Source: Gudongella sp. (GTDB lineage: Bacteria; Bacillota; Clostridia; Tissierellales; Tissierellaceae). From it: a stretch of 41,483 nucleotides of DNA. The translations under genes and the position numbers were made by a program. Within the stretch, counting starts at the first letter, position 1. The number at the start of each line of letters is the position of its first letter. The notes beneath the pieces are model-generated. The model had not been told where the DNA came from, did no database searches, and saw only the letters and a list, made by a program, of their open reading frames with translations. The stretch lies in assembly GCA_036770525.1 (NCBI GenBank), contig DAIPJA010000001.1:1-41483 (forward strand). Direction: 5' to 3'. Below are positions 27,013 through 36,328 of the stretch, one piece after another.

Positions 27013-28017
27013 TTAATTGTTAATTGCATTTAATACCTCTCCCTGTCTCAGACTGGTCCTCATGGACTGGATAAAGCTATCCATCTTTTCCAGCTCAACA
27101 AGGATATTCTTCTCTTCATCGCTTGTTTCAATTATCGAAGCTATTCCCCCATTTTTTATTATGATCCTCTTGTCTGCAATAAGGGCAAGTGTGGGATCAT
27201 GGGTCGCCATTAGGACTATCTTGTCCTCGCTTACGAGTAAATCCAAAGCTTTTCTTCTGTCAATGCCTGCATTCTCAATTTCATCTATGAGAACGATCGG
27301 CGATGTACTTAGAATTGCAGTATCTGCAATCATGAGAGCTCTCGACTGCCCACCGCTCAATGCGGTTACAGGAGTTTCCGGATCAAACTTTTCTCCTGCA
27401 AGGCTATTTGCAGCCTGAATGATCCTGTGGATCGTACCCTCAATATCAACTACCATCCTGCTCTCAGCATGAAGCTGCAAAAACTCCAATACAGTAAGGT
27501 CCATTACGAAGTTCATGTTTTGAGACAGCTGTGCAACAAGCTTGTTGTTTGAAGAAAACCTCCATTTTCGGTCCGGCAACTCTCCATTAATAAGTATGCT
27601 TCTACCTGTAGGGGTATCACTTTGGGCGGTCCATTCAATGTCTGCCAGAAGCCTTGATTTCCCCGAGCCGGTAGGTCCGACTATAGATATGATTTCTGAG
27701 GTCTTTATGGTTAGCTCATCAAACCCCTCAGGGGTTCCTGACTTATCCCTGCCAGGTAATATGGTAAGGGTCCTGACCCTTGTTTCCTCCTTGATACCTA
27801 GAAAGCTTTTCATCTGTTCTATGAATGTCTCCAGGCTTTCCATCAAACCTGCTTTATCCATAGCAAGGTTTTCAATCTCCTCAGGAGAGAATTCATCGAG
27901 GATCTCCTCCAGAGTCATATTTTCTTTTCCTTCAGGATCCAGCTTATTCTCTATCATCCACCCCATCGCGAATGGGTAGCTTTCAATCAGTTTTCCAACC
28001 TTGGTTTTTCTATGCAT
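27013..28017 (-). CDS. ABC-type ATPase with N-terminal DUF1858-like domain, no membrane domain
   Basis: GPTGSGKS, LSGGQ, VLIDE, ATHD; N-terminus KVGKLIESYP; start overlaps the GTPase stop. Confidence 0.8.
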   Translation of the reverse strand: MHRKTKVGKLIESYPFAMGWMIENKLDPEGKENMTLEEILDEFSPEEIENLAMDKAGLMESLETFIEQMKSFLGIKEETRVRTLTILPGRDKSGTPEGFDELTIKTSEIISIVGPTGSGKSRLLADIEWTAQSDTPTGRSILINGELPDRKWRFSSNNKLVAQLSQNMNFVMDLTVLEFLQLHAESRMVVDIEGTIHRIIQAANSLAGEKFDPETPVTALSGGQSRALMIADTAILSTSPIVLIDEIENAGIDRRKALDLLVSEDKIVLMATHDPTLALIADKRIIIKNGGIASIIETSDEEKNILVELEKMDSFIQSMRTSLRQGEVLNAINN

Positions 28018-28711
28018 GATCATCACCCAGCTCGATCTTTCTTACGTTACCCATCTGATAAGCTTCTCCGATCCTTGTTTCTCCGAGGCAATAGGAGCAA
28101 AGTGCAGAAGGCATTGGGTACCTAAGCTCCATCCCCTGAACTGTTTCAAGCTGATTATCCTCATTATAAAGGAGAGTACTTAGCTCGTACGCCCCCTGGC
28201 CTGTTAGACCGTTGATGTGCATTATAGTTGCCTTTGGGTTTACCGAGTTTACCTTTGATGAGAAAACCTCTCTCTCTGCCTGAGACACTATATCTCCCTT
28301 GGTAATGACCACGATATCAGCAGCCTTAAGCATAGGTCCGATCTTCTTGGGAGTGTTTATTCCCGAAAGGTTGTCTATTACACATACGCCCTTGATCTCT
28401 CTTATATATGGCGAGCATCTGTTACACAGCCCTGCGGATTCGGTCACTAAAAGGTCAAGTCCCGACTTCACTCCCCATTGGACCACCTCCTCAATATTCG
28501 AGGCAAAGTAGTGGTCAGGGCATAGAGCTCCTGAAAGCCCTTTTTTTACAGGAATACCTGCCTTTTCATAGAGTATGTCGTCATCTGTTGAAAGACAGTC
28601 AAACTTTACTACGCCTACCTTAAGATCTCTCTTTCTCATTGATTCTATTGTCTTTAGGATAATACTTGTCTTCCCTGAGGAAGGCGGTCCCGAGAATATT
28701 ACAAGATTCAT
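28010..28711 (-). CDS. G3E-family (HypB/UreG/CobW-like) P-loop GTPase, Cys-rich
   Basis: GPPSSGKT, KFDC, LCPDH, TESAGLCNRC, TKGD, CSYC. Confidence 0.82.
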   Translation of the reverse strand: MNLVIFSGPPSSGKTSIILKTIESMRKRDLKVGVVKFDCLSTDDDILYEKAGIPVKKGLSGALCPDHYFASNIEEVVQWGVKSGLDLLVTESAGLCNRCSPYIREIKGVCVIDNLSGINTPKKIGPMLKAADIVVITKGDIVSQAEREVFSSKVNSVNPKATIMHINGLTGQGAYELSTLLYNEDNQLETVQGMELRYPMPSALCSYCLGETRIGEAYQMGNVRKIELGDDHA

Positions 28712-29955
28712 CTCTTCACTCCTGACTCATCATAGAATAGGTCCATGCAGTATCTTATCAAGGCTCCCAGGTCTTCGTGGGTATTTATAAAATCCCATCC
28801 TAGCCATAGAAAGCTTTGACCTTCCTTTAAGCCGTTTTCCACATCCGGGTGTGTTGAGGGGAATTTACCATTCGTCGCCAATAGCTGGCCTACCTCTGGA
28901 GACAGCAGGTAATCAACTATGGGCTTAACCCTATCCTCAGATGTCTTCTTAGTCAACAGGAATATTGGACTTGCAATTGCACCTTCCTTAGGCCATACAG
29001 GCTTTAGAGGACTTTCCTCCCTGACCATTCCTGCAAATAAATAGGGCATTACAGTGACAGTGGGTATCCCAGAAGCTGTATTTCTTATATTTGACTTAAC
29101 CATTTCAGCCGGAGTCATGCTTCTCATATGTGCACGACCGAGCTTTCTTACTCCATCCTCACCAAACTCCTTATATATAGTAAGAAGCAAAGCATTGAAA
29201 AGGTCAAAGTCATTTAATGGAAGTGATATGGACCTTTCAAACTCAGCTGAAAGCAGTTCCTCCCAGGATTCAGGCTTTTTTCTGCCATTGAGCTCCTCGG
29301 TATTTACCAGAAATACAGCCGGAACCACTGAAAACACTGTATATTGTCCCTGAGGATCCTTAAGAGATAACCTCTCGTTGTCCAGATCCCTGTTCAATCG
29401 CTCGAATCCGGAGAGATCCTTAAATACTCCCTGCTTCTTAAATCTTCCCATAAGCTTTTCGTCAAAGAACAGGTCGAAGCCTGCAGACATGAATAGATCC
29501 GCCAACTGATCAGCATCCGAGTTTTCAATCTCGCTTCGTATCCAGTCTACTCCTATATTGGCAGCCTTAAGCTCGTAATCTATTTTTGTTCCCAGACTTT
29601 CCTCATGCTCCTTGATCCACTTGGAAAAGCTTTCCATTAATGGTATCCTTACGGGGCAAGGAAGGACTCCCAGCATCCTGGTTTCTCCCTCCGAGTCCTT
29701 TAGAGAGTCGTTAAGTCCTATATCCACACTCTCTCTTGTTTGACGTATAGTCTCAACAAGCTTGTTTTCGAATATCTCAAGATTCACCTTCTTAGTCTTG
29801 CATGCCATTTCCAGTGATATGGTCTTTCCCATGATCTTTCTCATGGCCTCATTCTTAAGGTGCTCAAAGCCATTGGCAGCGAATACATCCAGCGTCTCAG
29901 GATATCTTTCTGTTATATCAAATACCTTTTCAGTCACGTCGAAATATTTATTCAA
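28708..29955 (-). CDS. Substrate-binding-protein-fold protein with N-terminal DUF1858-like domain and no signal peptide
   Basis: KVFDITERYPETLDVF..NGF, LPCPVR, KPESWEELL, VWPKEGAIASP, YLLSPEVGQLL; TTG start after GGAGGGAGGA. Confidence 0.75.
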   Translation of the reverse strand: MNKYFDVTEKVFDITERYPETLDVFAANGFEHLKNEAMRKIMGKTISLEMACKTKKVNLEIFENKLVETIRQTRESVDIGLNDSLKDSEGETRMLGVLPCPVRIPLMESFSKWIKEHEESLGTKIDYELKAANIGVDWIRSEIENSDADQLADLFMSAGFDLFFDEKLMGRFKKQGVFKDLSGFERLNRDLDNERLSLKDPQGQYTVFSVVPAVFLVNTEELNGRKKPESWEELLSAEFERSISLPLNDFDLFNALLLTIYKEFGEDGVRKLGRAHMRSMTPAEMVKSNIRNTASGIPTVTVMPYLFAGMVREESPLKPVWPKEGAIASPIFLLTKKTSEDRVKPIVDYLLSPEVGQLLATNGKFPSTHPDVENGLKEGQSFLWLGWDFINTHEDLGALIRYCMDLFYDESGVKR

Positions 29956-30013
29956 AATAATCCTCCCTCCATCAATCCACCCTATATGATATTACATTAT
30001 ATATCAAATTTCG

Positions 30014-30027
30014 GTAACAAATGTTAC
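30014..30027. promoter_or_regulatory. Second HcpR-type site
   Basis: GGTAAC-AAAT-GTTACC; centred at -41.5 relative to -10 TATCAT at 29986-29991 (minus). Confidence 0.78.
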
Positions 30028-30041
30028 CAAAGGAAATGTAT

Positions 30042-30069
30042 AAAAAAAATAGACCTTTAGGCCTATTTT
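30042..30069 (-). terminator. Intrinsic terminator after the DUF2249 gene
   Basis: Minus strand AAAATAGGCC-taaa-GGTCTATTTT with a T8 run. Confidence 0.65.
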
Positions 30070-30287
30070 CTTGTTATCTCAACTCTCCAAATCTCTGGAC
30101 CCTCTTCAAGGTACTTCCACTCAAACTGTCCTTCGTTTTCAGCCAGCAATTGATAGTGAAGCGGTCTTGGATCATGGTCATTGATTATTTCCATCTTTTC
30201 GCCGCTTTCCAGGCTGTAGAACATATCAAATATCCTGACATGCTTTTCTCTCGGCTCTATTGGTCTTACGTCTATTACATTTTTCAT
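30063..30287 (-). CDS. DUF2249 domain protein
   Basis: IDVRPIEPREKH..IF, INDHDPRPLHYQL, EEGPEIWRVEI. Confidence 0.9.
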   Translation of the reverse strand: MKNVIDVRPIEPREKHVRIFDMFYSLESGEKMEIINDHDPRPLHYQLLAENEGQFEWKYLEEGPEIWRVEITRK

Positions 30288-30343
30288 TGTATCCCTCCAT
30301 TCTGACGGATAGATACCCTTAAATATTTAACGTAATCAGTAAA

Positions 30344-31459
30344 TTATATCAAATTAGCAATGAAGGTTATCGCACCTCCAGCTGCGATAAGCCATACTGT
30401 ATTTATCTTAAACCTCATTATTCCTATCATCGATCCAACAAATATTAATGCAGTAATTGGCCCTACTATAGAAGCTCCCCCCAGCTTGACGCTCACCACT
30501 GCCATTAAGACCAGGGATGCGATATTTATACCGTCAAGTGCAGCTGAAAGCCATTTTGAAGCTCTCATTTTGGGGATTATTGGTTTTATAAATGATGATA
30601 TTACAAATGCCGGAAGAAATATTCCTATTGTAGCTGCTATGGCTCCAGGTATTCCTCCCAGAACATAGCCTATAAAGGTAGCTGTAGTAAACACAGGACC
30701 TGGTGTAAACTGACCGACTGCGACAGCATCGAGGATCTGCTGGCTTGTTAGTACACCCAGTTTCTCAACAAACTCCGCCTCAAGGAAAGCCAGAAGCACG
30801 TAGCCGCTTCCATAGAGGACACTTCCGATTTTTAGAAATGTAAGGAATATTATGGGTATAGCCAACGAATTTGTCCTATTGAGAAAGCTCCCTCTATTCT
30901 TTATAAGGAGCATCATAAGACCTGCTGTGAACAGCAAAGGTATCTCTCCCACTCCCAGCAAGATATAGATGGCGGCAATTACAATACCAAACATGAGTGA
31001 AAGCTTATCCTTTACTGCAGATCTAAACAGCCTGTAAAGAGCATGTACTATAACTGCCATTATTGCTGCCTTGACTCCTTCAAGCACAGTTGCAAGTTGA
31101 GGAAGTGTTCCGTAGTCTACATAGAGATACGCAAATGCCATAACAATAAGCATTGCAGGCAGTATGAAGGCTGCACCTGCATTATACAGACCCAATAAGC
31201 CTCCTCTTTCATAACCCACCAGCATGATCATCTCTGTGGAGTTCGGCCCTGGGATCAAATTGGTCGTCCCCATGAAATCCAGAAACTTCTCTCTGCTAAG
31301 CCAGTTTTTCTTTTTTATTGTCTCCTCCTCAAGCATGGCAATATGTGCTGCAGGTCCTCCGAATGCCAGAAATCCAAGCTTTGAGAAGGTCTTCGTTATT
31401 TCCTTTTGTCTTTCACGTTTCTCTTTTTTATCAAGGTCTTTGTATTCTCTGTTATCCAT
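30344..31459 (-). CDS. chrA: Chromate ion transporter (CHR), long chain
   Basis: AFGGPAAHIA, IPGPNSTE, LYGSGYVL, GQFTPGPV. Confidence 0.92.
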   Translation of the reverse strand: MDNREYKDLDKKEKRERQKEITKTFSKLGFLAFGGPAAHIAMLEEETIKKKNWLSREKFLDFMGTTNLIPGPNSTEMIMLVGYERGGLLGLYNAGAAFILPAMLIVMAFAYLYVDYGTLPQLATVLEGVKAAIMAVIVHALYRLFRSAVKDKLSLMFGIVIAAIYILLGVGEIPLLFTAGLMMLLIKNRGSFLNRTNSLAIPIIFLTFLKIGSVLYGSGYVLLAFLEAEFVEKLGVLTSQQILDAVAVGQFTPGPVFTTATFIGYVLGGIPGAIAATIGIFLPAFVISSFIKPIIPKMRASKWLSAALDGINIASLVLMAVVSVKLGGASIVGPITALIFVGSMIGIMRFKINTVWLIAAGGAITFIANLI

Positions 31460-31494
31460 AAATTCACCTCCGTCGATTGATACCCCCTGAAGGT

Positions 31495-31519
31495 AAAAGC
31501 CAAACCCGGAGGTTTGGCT
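31495..31519 (-). terminator. Intrinsic terminator after the ABC exporter pair
   Basis: AGCCAAACC-tccg-GGTTTGGCT followed by TTT on the minus strand. Confidence 0.7.
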
Positions 31520-31549
31520 GTAAATATCATGTATTCAGAATGTGAATGA

Positions 31550-33394
31550 TCAAGCTGCAAATTGACTGTTGTAGAGCTCAGCATAGAAGCCTTTACTTTC
31601 CAGGAGCTCTTGATGGGTACCTTTTTCAATTATCCTGCCCTCATTCATAACAAGTATCATATCTGCATTTTTAATAGTTGAGAGTCTATGTGCAATTACA
31701 AAGCTTGTCCTCCCCCTCATAAGCTGATCCATACCCTTTTGTATAAGCACCTCGGTACGGGTATCTACGCTTGAGGTAGCCTCGTCAAGAATCAGTATGG
31801 AAGGATTTGCCAGTATTGCTCTTGCAATTGTCAGGAGCTGTTTTTGTCCCTGAGAGATATTTGAGGCCTCTTCGTTCAATATAGTATCGTACCCCTGGGG
31901 CAGAGTCCTAATAAAATGGTCAGCCTGTGCCAGCCTGGCTGCCTCTATGATTTCCTCCGGTGTTGCTCCCTCTCTTCCATAAGCAATATTGTCCCAGATC
32001 GTTCCATTAAAAAGCCAGGTATCCTGAAGAACCATCCCGAATCTCTCACGTAGCTGGTGCCTTGTCATATCTCTTGTTGAAACACCGTCAATTGTTATTT
32101 TTCCACCATCGATTTCGTAGAATCTCATGAGCAGATTTACCAGAGTTGTCTTTCCGGCACCTGTGGGTCCAACTATTGCTACAGTATCACCGCAGCAGGC
32201 TTCAAGGCTAAGCTCCTCCATAAGCGGCTTGTCCTTGGTGTAGCCAAAGGTAACCTCCTCAAATCTTACATCTGATCTTTCTGAATTCGAGTAGCTTGGC
32301 TCAGCAGGATCCAGATCCTCTTCCTTCTCGTCCAGAAGCTCAAACACCCTTTCCGCTGATGCGATTGTTGACTGGAAGGTATTTATGATCTCAGCCAACT
32401 GCATGATTGGCTGATTGAATTGCCTTGAATACTGGATGAATGCCTGGACGTCACCAATGGGAAGGGTACCTCTTATTACGAGTATACCCCCAAGGACTGC
32501 CACAACAATATAGCCAAGACTGTTGACCAACTGCATAAGAGGCATGATTATTCCGGTTATGAACTGTGATTTCCATCCATGCTCATAAAGCTCCCTGTTT
32601 ATCCTTTCGAACTCCTGGATCGCCTTAGACTCATTACCATAGGCCTTAACAGTTGAATGACCGGAGAATGTCTCCTCTATATGGCCATTTATGTCCCCAA
32701 GGCTCTTAGCCTGGGCGGCGAAGTACTTTTGTGATATTCTGGCAATGTTCTTAGTCAAAAGAATGCTAAGCGGTATTGTAATCAAGGTGGCCAGAGTAAT
32801 TACAGGGCTTATAATTAGCATCATGACCAAAATCCCAATAAGTGTTATTACTGCAGTTACGGCCTGGGTAACACTTTGCTGAAGGGTTGAACTGATTGTA
32901 TCCACGTCGTTTGATACCCTGCTTAATATCTCTCCTGTAGTCTTGGAATCAAAAAAGCTCAAGGGTAATCTGTGGAGCTTTTCATTGATCTCCTTTCTCA
33001 GGTCATAAACCAGCTTCTGAGAAATATCGGCCATGATAAACTGCTGAGCATAACCAAATATACCTGATGCCAGATACAATCCACCAAGGACCAGGAGGAT
33101 CCTTGAAATATAAGACCTGTCTATGGTGACGGCTGCACTTGAAATCCCCTCATAAAGGTGTGTGGTTATGAAACCCATGACTCGGGGGCTTATTATGGAA
33201 AAAATTGTCGATAGTATTGAAAAGGCTGCTACAGCAAGCATAAGAAAATTGTAGGGCTTAAGGTACTTGAGGAGTCTTTTTAGTGTGCCCTTAAAATCCT
33301 TAGCCTTTTCCGGAGGTCGCGTCATTCCACTTCCCGGAGGACCTCCCCTGCCAATCATTTGCCTTGGGCTTCTTTCTCTTCTCTCTTCACTCAT
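31550..33394 (-). CDS. Heterodimeric ABC exporter, TMD-NBD subunit 2
   Basis: 6 TM helices plus GPTGAGKT, ISQGQKQ, ILDEATS, AHRLST. Confidence 0.92.
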   Translation of the reverse strand: MSEERRERSPRQMIGRGGPPGSGMTRPPEKAKDFKGTLKRLLKYLKPYNFLMLAVAAFSILSTIFSIISPRVMGFITTHLYEGISSAAVTIDRSYISRILLVLGGLYLASGIFGYAQQFIMADISQKLVYDLRKEINEKLHRLPLSFFDSKTTGEILSRVSNDVDTISSTLQQSVTQAVTAVITLIGILVMMLIISPVITLATLITIPLSILLTKNIARISQKYFAAQAKSLGDINGHIEETFSGHSTVKAYGNESKAIQEFERINRELYEHGWKSQFITGIIMPLMQLVNSLGYIVVAVLGGILVIRGTLPIGDVQAFIQYSRQFNQPIMQLAEIINTFQSTIASAERVFELLDEKEEDLDPAEPSYSNSERSDVRFEEVTFGYTKDKPLMEELSLEACCGDTVAIVGPTGAGKTTLVNLLMRFYEIDGGKITIDGVSTRDMTRHQLRERFGMVLQDTWLFNGTIWDNIAYGREGATPEEIIEAARLAQADHFIRTLPQGYDTILNEEASNISQGQKQLLTIARAILANPSILILDEATSSVDTRTEVLIQKGMDQLMRGRTSFVIAHRLSTIKNADMILVMNEGRIIEKGTHQELLESKGFYAELYNSQFAA

Positions 33395-35118
33395 TGTATC
33401 GCCTCCTCACCAAGCTGCGACAGAACGATTTCCTTGTAAACCTGGCAACTTTCTATAAGCTCTCTGTGTGTACCTTGTCCTGATATCCTGCCGTTATCGA
33501 GAACTATTATATTCTCAGCATCCTTTATAGTGCTAACCCTCTGTGCAACAACTATTACTGCTGAATCCGCCGTGTAGGGCTTCAGAGCATCTCTCAGTCT
33601 TTTATCTGTACTAAAGTCAAGAGCTGAAAAACTGTCGTCAAACAAGTAAAACTCAGGCTTTCTCACAAGAGCTCTTGCGATTGCAAGCCTTTGCTTCTGT
33701 CCCCCCGAAAGGTTCCTGCCTCCCTGGGCAAGCACATAATCAAGCCCTTCCTCTTTTTCTGAAACGAAATCCCAGGCTTGTGCAATTTTCAGTGACTCAA
33801 CTATCTCTTCATCAGTTGCATCTTCTTTACCGAATGTTATGTTTTCTCTGATGGTACCGGTAAAAAGAACTGCTTTCTGTGATATAAGACCAAACCGGCT
33901 TCTAAGCTCCTCTTGATGGATCGTTTTTATATCAGCTCCATTTATAAGTATCCTCCCTCCGGTAGGATCGTAGAAACGCATCAGGAGGTTTAGTATTGTA
34001 GTCTTCCCTGACCCGGTTCCTCCAATAATCGCGGTGGTTTCACCCATTTTAGTCGCGAAAGCTATATCTTCTACTGCAGGTGTAGACGCATCCTGGTACT
34101 TGAAGGCAACATCATCCAGACGCAGTTCACCCCTGATGGAATTATCCTCGATACTTTGGGAGCCATCAATAATATCGCTCTCCATATCGAGAACCTCATT
34201 TATCCTCTCAGCTGATGCACTCGCCCTTGGCAGCATGACGAATATCATTGACACCATTATGAGAGAAAACATTATTTGTGATACGTACTGAATAAAAGCC
34301 ATCAGTTCCCCAACCTCAAGTCCTCTTATCTCGATAAGGCTGCTGCCATACCAGATAACTCCAACTAGTGTGAAGTTGAGTACCACATTAAGGATTGGCA
34401 TCATTAGAGCCATTATCCTCCCAACCTTCAGTGCTGCTTCCGTAAGATCCCTGTTAGCCTGGTTAAATCTCTTCTTTTCATAATCAGTCTTATTGAAGGC
34501 CTTGATTACCCTTATACCTGTAAGGGATTCTCTAAGTACTCTATTCAAGTCGTCTATCTTCTTCTGGATCTCCTTAAACAATGGAAATCCCTTTACACCA
34601 ATTATCCAGATAACAACCACAAGGACTGGTGCTGATATCAATAGAACCTTGGACAGCTCAAGATTCGTAGACGTTGCCATTATGATGCCTCCAATCATCA
34701 TAAAGGGCGCTCTTATCATCATCCTCATGGACATTATGGTTATATTCTGCATTTGGCTGACGTCGTTGGTGGTACGTGTTATCAACGATGAAGTTCCCAT
34801 TTTATCTATTTCATTAAGCGAAAAGCTCTCCACAGTCTTAAACACATCGCTCCTTAGATCCCTTCCAAAAGCAACTGCTGCCTTGGAAGACATATATCTT
34901 GAGATCACAGTGGCTGCAGTTCCGAGAATCGCTATGGCTAACATGACCCCGCCTGTATTGTAGATATATTTAAGATCACCTGTGGCAACGCCTCTGTCTA
35001 CGATATTCCCCATAAGTCTTGGGAGCAATAGCTCGGAAAAAACACCCGCAAGTGTAAGTATAAGGACCCCTGCAACCTGAAGGGCATAGGGTTTTAAATA
35101 TCTCATCAGTCTAATCAT
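33391..35118 (-). CDS. Heterodimeric ABC exporter, TMD-NBD subunit 1 (degenerate site)
   Basis: GGTGSGKT, LSGGQKQ, degenerate Walker B FDDSFS and switch AQR (TM287/288-type). Confidence 0.92.
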   Translation of the reverse strand: MIRLMRYLKPYALQVAGVLILTLAGVFSELLLPRLMGNIVDRGVATGDLKYIYNTGGVMLAIAILGTAATVISRYMSSKAAVAFGRDLRSDVFKTVESFSLNEIDKMGTSSLITRTTNDVSQMQNITIMSMRMMIRAPFMMIGGIIMATSTNLELSKVLLISAPVLVVVIWIIGVKGFPLFKEIQKKIDDLNRVLRESLTGIRVIKAFNKTDYEKKRFNQANRDLTEAALKVGRIMALMMPILNVVLNFTLVGVIWYGSSLIEIRGLEVGELMAFIQYVSQIMFSLIMVSMIFVMLPRASASAERINEVLDMESDIIDGSQSIEDNSIRGELRLDDVAFKYQDASTPAVEDIAFATKMGETTAIIGGTGSGKTTILNLLMRFYDPTGGRILINGADIKTIHQEELRSRFGLISQKAVLFTGTIRENITFGKEDATDEEIVESLKIAQAWDFVSEKEEGLDYVLAQGGRNLSGGQKQRLAIARALVRKPEFYLFDDSFSALDFSTDKRLRDALKPYTADSAVIVVAQRVSTIKDAENIIVLDNGRISGQGTHRELIESCQVYKEIVLSQLGEEAIQ

Positions 35119-35226
35119 TTGTTCATCTCCTTTTGGATATAAATCCTAATTAATATTACCACAAAGGGGTATAATAATAAATAGATTGCAGAAATGGCTG
35201 ATGGTTATCGAAGTGAGGAGGTTTAC

Positions 35227-36294
35227 ATGAAGCTGTCAATAGGAGGCACTATAGAAAAATTAAGACGTAACAAAGGACTGTCCCACCAGCAGCTTGCCAA
35301 CGCTTTAGGTGTGACTCCTGATACGGTTGAGAAGTGGGAGATAAATGCAGCATACCCGGACATTACCCTTCTTTCGCCTATTGCAAGATTGCTTGGCACT
35401 ACTCTGGATGCCCTGCTTATGTTTGAGACTGATCTTAATCCGGACGATGTGACCAATATTTACAAGGTTTGCGCCGAGAAATTTGAAACCAGCACATATG
35501 AGGAGGCGCTGGAGGTCTGTGATAACTATCTCAAGGAGTACCCGAACAGCCTTTTCCTGAAGTTCAGGATGGGAAGCCTTTTACAGGAATACATCCAGAT
35601 GGCCGAGACGGAAGAACAGGCTAACGATGTCCTTGACAAATCCATCTCGCTTTTGGAGGAGTCATCTCTGATCGACGACCTTGAGGTGAAGCAGGCATCA
35701 TTATACGTACTAAGCAGTCTTTATACAATGAGAGAGGAATATGACAAGGCTATTGAAATACTTAACACCCTTCCTAAGGTTAGCGTAAATACCGATTTTA
35801 TGCTTTCCACTATTTACTCAATCACCGGTGACAGGGAGAGGGCGAAGGCTATCGAGCAGGAAAGCCTGTTCAACAATATCAATAATTCGATAATCTCACT
35901 GGCAAGCCTTTGGGGAACCGCCCTCAAGGAAAGGGATTTTGAGATGTCGATGGAACTTGCCACCCTTCAGAGGAAGCTTATTTCGGACTATATGCTGGAA
36001 GGCTACCTGTTGGGGAACAACCTTTTAATGTTTGCCGATATCTATGCAGTGCGTGGAGATGTAAACAGGACTCTGGATTATATTGAGAAGTATGCGGATT
36101 GGGCTCTAAATATCGATGAAGAATCTCTTGATCTTACAAATAACAGGTACTTTTTCCTTGTGGAGAATCTAACTCCAACAATGAGCTTCGATTATCAAAA
36201 ACAGAGCTTTATAAATGCAGTTGTCAAGAACTCGGATTATGACTTCGTTAAGTATACAGAAAGATACAAAAGGATAATCAGCAGACTTATCTAA
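35227..36294 (+). CDS. XRE-family HTH transcriptional regulator with helical/TPR-like C-terminal domain
   Basis: LRRNKGLSHQQLANALGVT..TVEKWE...YPDITLL; SD GAGGAGG before ATG 35227. Confidence 0.85.
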   Translation: MKLSIGGTIEKLRRNKGLSHQQLANALGVTPDTVEKWEINAAYPDITLLSPIARLLGTTLDALLMFETDLNPDDVTNIYKVCAEKFETSTYEEALEVCDNYLKEYPNSLFLKFRMGSLLQEYIQMAETEEQANDVLDKSISLLEESSLIDDLEVKQASLYVLSSLYTMREEYDKAIEILNTLPKVSVNTDFMLSTIYSITGDRERAKAIEQESLFNNINNSIISLASLWGTALKERDFEMSMELATLQRKLISDYMLEGYLLGNNLLMFADIYAVRGDVNRTLDYIEKYADWALNIDEESLDLTNNRYFFLVENLTPTMSFDYQKQSFINAVVKNSDYDFVKYTERYKRIISRLI

Positions 36295-36328
36295 GCAAGT
36301 CTTTAATCCCAGAAAACAGGGGGTACCT

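Noticed and set aside
27013..29955. Conventional iron/polyamine ABC importer
   Set aside because: No permease gene and no export signal on the SBP-like protein
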